Assembly: GCA_001782805.1 (NCBI GenBank) | Contig: MFPT01000003.1 | Location: forward strand, 44,072-108,071 | Length of the DNA: 64,000 nt | Direction of reading: 5' to 3' | Origin: Candidatus Magasanikbacteria bacterium RIFCSPHIGHO2_01_FULL_41_23 | Lineage (GTDB): Bacteria; Patescibacteriota; Patescibacteriia; Magasanikbacterales; UBA922 | Part shown: positions 59,637-64,000 of the stretch, one piece after another | How the letters are laid out: every line of letters starts with the position of its first letter | How positions within the stretch are numbered: position 1 is the first letter of the stretch | Made by a program: the position numbers and the translations under genes | Notes under the pieces: generated by a model | What the model was told of the DNA's origin: nothing | The model's input: only the letters and a program-made list of their open reading frames with translations | Database searches by the model: none

Positions 59637-60827
59637 ATGGCAGAATTTTTGCGGACCAAGCCCCATCTGAACGTTGGTACTATTGGCCACGTTGATCATG
59701 GCAAGACCACGACTACAGCGGCAATTTTAAAAGTTGCGGCCGCTCATGGAATGGTCGCTGATTTGAAAGAAGTTAATGATCTTGATAAAGCGCCGGAATC
59801 CAAAGCGCGCGGTATTACGATTGCCACTGCCCATGTTGAATACGAAACTAACAATCGCCACTATGCTCATGTTGATTGTCCTGGACATGCGGATTATGTC
59901 AAGAACATGATTACCGGAGCCGCTCAAATGGACGGCGCAATTTTGGTTGTTTCCGCGGCTGACGGTCCCATGCCTCAAACCCGCGAACATATTTTGCTTG
60001 CTCGTCAAGTTGGTGTTCCTTATATAGTTGTTTTCTTAAACAAAGTTGATCAGGTATCCGATCCAGAATTGATTGATTTGGTAGAAGAAGAAGTTCGTGA
60101 TTTGCTTAAGAAATATGATTTTCCCGGAGACACCACGCCAATTATTCGTGGCTCAGCTCTTAAGGCTTTGGAAAATCCAACCGATGAAGCCTCGGCTAAA
60201 CCGATTTTGGATCTTTTAAAAACTTTGGATGAATATATTCCTGAACCGATTCGTGATTTGGAAAAACCATTGCTCATGCCAATTGAAGATGTCTTTTCCA
60301 TTGAAGGTCGTGGAACTGTTGTAACTGGTCGTATTGAACGTGGTCGGGTAAAAATTGGTGATGAAATTGAAATTGTCGGTATGCAAGCTGATACCATGAA
60401 GACTACAGTAACCGGCGTGGAAATGTTTAATAAATCTTTGCAAGAAGGTTTGGCCGGAGACAATGCCGGTATACTTTTGCGTGGTACTAAGAAAGACGAT
60501 GTTATGCGTGGTATGGTTTTGGCTAAAACCGGATCAGTCAAACCTCATACTGAAATTGAAGCTGAAGTTTACGCTTTGACCAAAGAAGAAGGCGGACGTC
60601 ACAAACCATTCTTTAATGGTTACAAACCACAGTTTTACATTCGTACAACCGATGTAACCGGCGATGTTACATTGCCAGCTGGCACAGAAATGGTTATGCC
60701 TGGCGACACGGCCAATCTTAAAATCAAATTAATTGTTCCAGTTGCTATTGAAGAAAAAATGCGTTTTTCCATTCGTGAAGGTGGAAAAACAGTCGGCGCT
60801 GGAGTAGTAACTAAAATTATTGCATAA
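59637..60827 (+). CDS. tuf: Elongation factor Tu
   Basis: 'GHVDHGKTT', 'DCPGHADY', 'NKVD', 396 aa. Confidence 0.95.
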   Translation: MAEFLRTKPHLNVGTIGHVDHGKTTTTAAILKVAAAHGMVADLKEVNDLDKAPESKARGITIATAHVEYETNNRHYAHVDCPGHADYVKNMITGAAQMDGAILVVSAADGPMPQTREHILLARQVGVPYIVVFLNKVDQVSDPELIDLVEEEVRDLLKKYDFPGDTTPIIRGSALKALENPTDEASAKPILDLLKTLDEYIPEPIRDLEKPLLMPIEDVFSIEGRGTVVTGRIERGRVKIGDEIEIVGMQADTMKTTVTGVEMFNKSLQEGLAGDNAGILLRGTKKDDVMRGMVLAKTGSVKPHTEIEAEVYALTKEEGGRHKPFFNGYKPQFYIRTTDVTGDVTLPAGTEMVMPGDTANLKIKLIVPVAIEEKMRFSIREGGKTVGAGVVTKIIA

Positions 60828-60918
60828 CTACTAATTTAAGTAGCCCTTCGACGTCGGGCTTGCCCTGAGCAAGCGAAGCGCGTCGAAGGGTTCGCTCTTT
60901 AATGTACATTACTAAATT

Positions 60919-61272
60919 ATGTCAACGAAAACTGAAAAAAAAGATATTGTGGAAGTCCAGGGGGCTAACGTCAAGATGCGTATAAAAATTAAGGCCTATG
61001 ATCATAAAATTATTGATATCGCCACGAAGACTATAATGGAAACAGCCGAACGCAATAATGTAATGGTAGTCGGTCCGGTTCCATTACCAACTCGGATTCA
61101 GAAATACAGTGTTAATCGCGCGACATTTGTACATAAAACAGCGCAAGAACAATATGAAATGCGTACTCATCAGCGTTTGATTGATATTGTTAATCCTTCT
61201 CCCAAAGCCATGGACGCGCTGATGAATCTGAATTTGCCCAGTGGAGTGGAATTAGAAATCAAGATGCTTTAA
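60919..61272 (+). CDS. rpsJ: 30S ribosomal protein S10
   Basis: 117 aa with 'RIKIKAYDHKIID...'. Confidence 0.9.
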   Translation: MSTKTEKKDIVEVQGANVKMRIKIKAYDHKIIDIATKTIMETAERNNVMVVGPVPLPTRIQKYSVNRATFVHKTAQEQYEMRTHQRLIDIVNPSPKAMDALMNLNLPSGVELEIKML

Positions 61273-61603
61273 ACAGTCAAAGTAAAGCTCTTGACAATCA
61301 TTTAAGAAAATAGTAGACTAGCCACGTTAGTAAAAGTCAGAATTTAAAACAGATAAGATCTCCTTCGACCCCTCGACTACGCTCGGGGCAAGCTCGGGGA
61401 AAACATCTGGAGCGAATGTCCGACTTAGTATATAGGTGAAAAGATTAAAATTATTTACACAAGCCAAAATCACTTTGTGTGTTGGCTAGAAGGTAGACCA
61501 AATGTACATTCTTATGAATGTAATAGTGGTTTCTCTTCTAGTTTTTTTATAAACAAGTGAGTGAGGAAGAATAACATTAGAATAGAAAAGATAATCGTTT
61601 TGT

Positions 61604-62302
61604 ATGAAGTTTATTCTTGGAAAAAAAATTGGGATGACACAGGTTTTTTTGGACAATGGTATTGTTGTTCCTGTAACGCGCGTTCAAGCCGGTCCTTGTG
61701 TTGTAACTCAAATAAAAACCAAAGATCATGATGGTGTTGATGCTGTTCAAATTGGTTTTGATAAACAAAAATTATTTCGTTTACATAAATCGGAAAAAGG
61801 ACATTTGGCTGGAATCAATTGGGAGCCGGGTATTTCTGTTCGTTTTTTGCGTGAAGTTCCGCAAACAAGTTCAACACTCAAACGAGGTGATGTGTTTACG
61901 GTTGGTATATTTTCTACCGGTGAAAAAGTGGCGGTAATTGGTACTTCAAAAGGTAGAGGTTTCCAAGGCGTAGTTAAGCGTCATGGTTTTGCCGGTGGTC
62001 CGGCCAGTCATGGACACAAAGATAATTTGCGTATGCCCGGAAGTATTGGCGCGGGTGGTGTGCAACGCGTATTTAAAGATATGCGTATGGGCGGACATAT
62101 GGGTGACGCGCAAATAACCGTTAAAAATTTAGAAATAGTTATGGTTAAACCAGAAGCCAATGAATTGTGGATTAAGGGCGCGATTCCCGGAGCTCGTAAT
62201 GGTTTAGTTTTTGTTTCCACTGACAGTGGCTCGATTGAAATTGAACAACCACTAACAGAAAAAAGCGAAGCGAAAGCGATCGAAGAAATAACTAATGTTT
62301 AA
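61604..62302 (+). CDS. rplC: 50S ribosomal protein L3
   Basis: 'GKKIGMTQVF', 'FQGVVKRHGF.GGPASHG'. Confidence 0.9.
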   Translation: MKFILGKKIGMTQVFLDNGIVVPVTRVQAGPCVVTQIKTKDHDGVDAVQIGFDKQKLFRLHKSEKGHLAGINWEPGISVRFLREVPQTSSTLKRGDVFTVGIFSTGEKVAVIGTSKGRGFQGVVKRHGFAGGPASHGHKDNLRMPGSIGAGGVQRVFKDMRMGGHMGDAQITVKNLEIVMVKPEANELWIKGAIPGARNGLVFVSTDSGSIEIEQPLTEKSEAKAIEEITNV

Positions 62303-62311
62303 TCGGGGAAT

Positions 62312-62938
62312 ATGGCAAATGTAAAATTATTTTCCACAACAGGAAGCGAAAAAGGAATGGTTGATTTAGCTCCAGCCGTATTTGATGTGGCGCCCAAAAT
62401 AGCGGTTGTTCATCAAGTGTATTTGGCTCATTTGGCCAATGCTCGAGAATCATGGGCTGATACCAAAGATCGCAGTCAAGTAAGTGGTGGTGGCAAAAAA
62501 CCGTGGAAACAAAAGGGAACTGGACGGGCTCGCCATGGTTCGATTCGTTCGCCAATTTGGAAGGGCGGTGGCGTAACATTCGGTCCGTTGTCTGCTCGTA
62601 ATTATACCCAAAAAATTAATAAGAAAACCAATACTTTGGCGGTGCGTATGTGTTTGTCCGATAAATGCGCCGAAGGCAAATTGGCAGTGGTTGATGTTTT
62701 TCCGGAAACAGGCAAAACAAAAAATATGAATCTTTTGCGCGCTCATTTGCCCGGCAAGAGTCGTTCGCTTTTGATAGTTACTGATGGCAAAAATGAACCG
62801 GTTCTGCGTGCGGCCGCAAATATGAAAAAGTTAGCGGTCATTCGCGCTAGTGATGTCAGTGTCGTTGATTTACTTAACCATCAGTTTGTAGTTGCCAGTG
62901 AAGCCGCGATTCGCGCTTTGGAAAAACGTTTAAAATAA
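62312..62938 (+). CDS. rplD: 50S ribosomal protein L4
   Basis: 208 aa with 'KPWKQKGTGRARHGS'. Confidence 0.9.
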   Translation: MANVKLFSTTGSEKGMVDLAPAVFDVAPKIAVVHQVYLAHLANARESWADTKDRSQVSGGGKKPWKQKGTGRARHGSIRSPIWKGGGVTFGPLSARNYTQKINKKTNTLAVRMCLSDKCAEGKLAVVDVFPETGKTKNMNLLRAHLPGKSRSLLIVTDGKNEPVLRAAANMKKLAVIRASDVSVVDLLNHQFVVASEAAIRALEKRLK

Positions 62939-62942
62939 TTGT

Positions 62943-63224
62943 ATGCCGATTTCTGTTTTGGTTCATCCTATTGTGAGTGAAAAAAGCACCAGAGCTGAAG
63001 CTGGCGGTGTGTATACTTTTGCCGTCACGATGCGCGCCACCAAAACGCAAATCTGCCAAGCAGTGGAAGTGGCTTATAAAGTGCGTCCAATTCAAATTCG
63101 TACTAGTGTTGTAGAAGGTAAAGCAACTCGATCGGCTCGGGGTATTGGCCGCAGAGTAAGTTGGAAAAAAGCCATTATCACTTTGCCCAAAGGCAAGACG
63201 ATTTCTATTCATAGCGGCGTATAA
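62943..63224 (+). CDS. rplW: 50S ribosomal protein L23
   Basis: 93 aa with 'HPIVSEKS...YTF'. Confidence 0.88.
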   Translation: MPISVLVHPIVSEKSTRAEAGGVYTFAVTMRATKTQICQAVEVAYKVRPIQIRTSVVEGKATRSARGIGRRVSWKKAIITLPKGKTISIHSGV

Positions 63225-63242
63225 TGAGATTATTTTACGAAT

Positions 63243-64000
63243 ATGTCAGTTAAATTATACAAACCAACCACTAATGGACGCCGCCAAGCCAGTGCTTCGG
63301 ATTTTTCTGATTTGACTGTTACCAAACCATTCAAGCCATTGGTTCGAATTTTGAAAAAGCATAGCGGACGTAATAATCAAGGTATTATTACTATTCGTCA
63401 TCGCGGGGGTGGAGTCAAACGTTTGTACCGGATGATTGATTTCAAACAAACAAATTTTGATGTTTTTGGTACAGTTGCCACGATTGAATATGATCCCAAT
63501 CGCGGTGCTCGTGTTGCTTTAATTGATTACGAGAATGACGTAAAAAGTTATATTATTGTTCCGCAAGGTTTGAAGGTTGGAGACAAAATTTTATCATCAC
63601 AAAAAGCCATTGAACCAAATAATGGTTCACGAATGCCATTGGAATTTATCCCGACCGGTTTATTTGTATTCAATATTGAATTAACTCCTGGCAAAGGAGG
63701 ACAATTGGTGCGTGGCGCCGGTGTGGGCGCTCAATTGCAAACTATTGAAGGCCGTTATGCTCAGATTAAAATGCCATCGGGCGAAGTTCGTTTAATTCTC
63801 AAAGAATGTTTGGCGACAGTGGGTCAAGTGGGAAATTCCGATCACAAATTGATACGCTTGGGTAAAGCGGGAAGAATGCGTCTCAAGGGTTGGCGTCCGG
63901 TTGTCCGTGGTAAAGTTATGAATCCGGTTGATCATCCACATGGTGGTGGTGAAGGACGTAATCCGATTGGTTTGAAAGGCGGTCCCAAAACTAAATGGGG
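63243..64000 (+). CDS. rplB: 50S ribosomal protein L2; the 3' end is truncated by the window
   Basis: 'MSVKLYKPTTNGRRQ', 'GGGEGRNPIGLKGGPKT'. Confidence 0.9.
   Translation, partial: MSVKLYKPTTNGRRQASASDFSDLTVTKPFKPLVRILKKHSGRNNQGIITIRHRGGGVKRLYRMIDFKQTNFDVFGTVATIEYDPNRGARVALIDYENDVKSYIIVPQGLKVGDKILSSQKAIEPNNGSRMPLEFIPTGLFVFNIELTPGKGGQLVRGAGVGAQLQTIEGRYAQIKMPSGEVRLILKECLATVGQVGNSDHKLIRLGKAGRMRLKGWRPVVRGKVMNPVDHPHGGGEGRNPIGLKGGPKTKW

Overview
The window is about 40% GC, has small densely packed genes, and carries a 16S rRNA gene interrupted by a LAGLIDADG-encoding intron. These traits fit a Candidate Phyla Radiation (Patescibacteria)-like bacterium; this is an inference from the sequence, not a database result.

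Content from 5' to 3':
- Glycolysis genes gap, pgk, a SIMPL-domain gene, eno, and two tandem gpmI paralogs.
- A minus-strand AbiEi/AbiEii toxin-antitoxin pair, and a degenerate DHH/NrnA-like gene.
- valS, an orphan histidine-kinase-like module with two small ORFs, tyrS and argS.
- Bactofilin, a degenerate DAGK-like gene and tRNA-Leu.
- An envelope/sorting locus. It has a secreted beta-helix protein, an AAA ATPase, and an SBBP-repeat protein with a PEF/PEP-CTERM-like tail. It also has an S8 peptidase with three LamG-like repeats, a divergently encoded exosortase-family protein, an unannotated RNase P RNA, and three polysaccharide glycosyltransferases.
- tgt, flanked by two GC-rich (~58%) islands, one of which encodes an HNH-like ORF. 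Then a C39-like peptidase, a UvrD/PcrA helicase, tRNA-Cys, ndk, a third GC-rich island, tRNA-Ile(UAU) and tRNA-Pro.
- Two hypothetical proteins, one of them 838 aa and acidic. Then rpmB, an M50-like protease, hicBA, and a fourth GC-rich island encoding a secreted protein.
- rpsL, rpsG and fusA, followed by an 8.7-kb insertion before tuf. The insertion holds a secreted protein, a membrane protein, trmD, the intron-containing 16S and a Bro-N/DinD-like gene. After tuf come rpsJ, rplC, rplD, rplW and partial rplB.

Families of short dispersed hairpin repeats recur in intergenic regions and inside rnpB. The candidate 'new system' is the locus pairing a PEF-CTERM-like target with an exosortase, next to polysaccharide synthesis genes in a putative monoderm lineage. 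The GC-rich islands bounded by CCCGAC hairpins are the second item worth attention.
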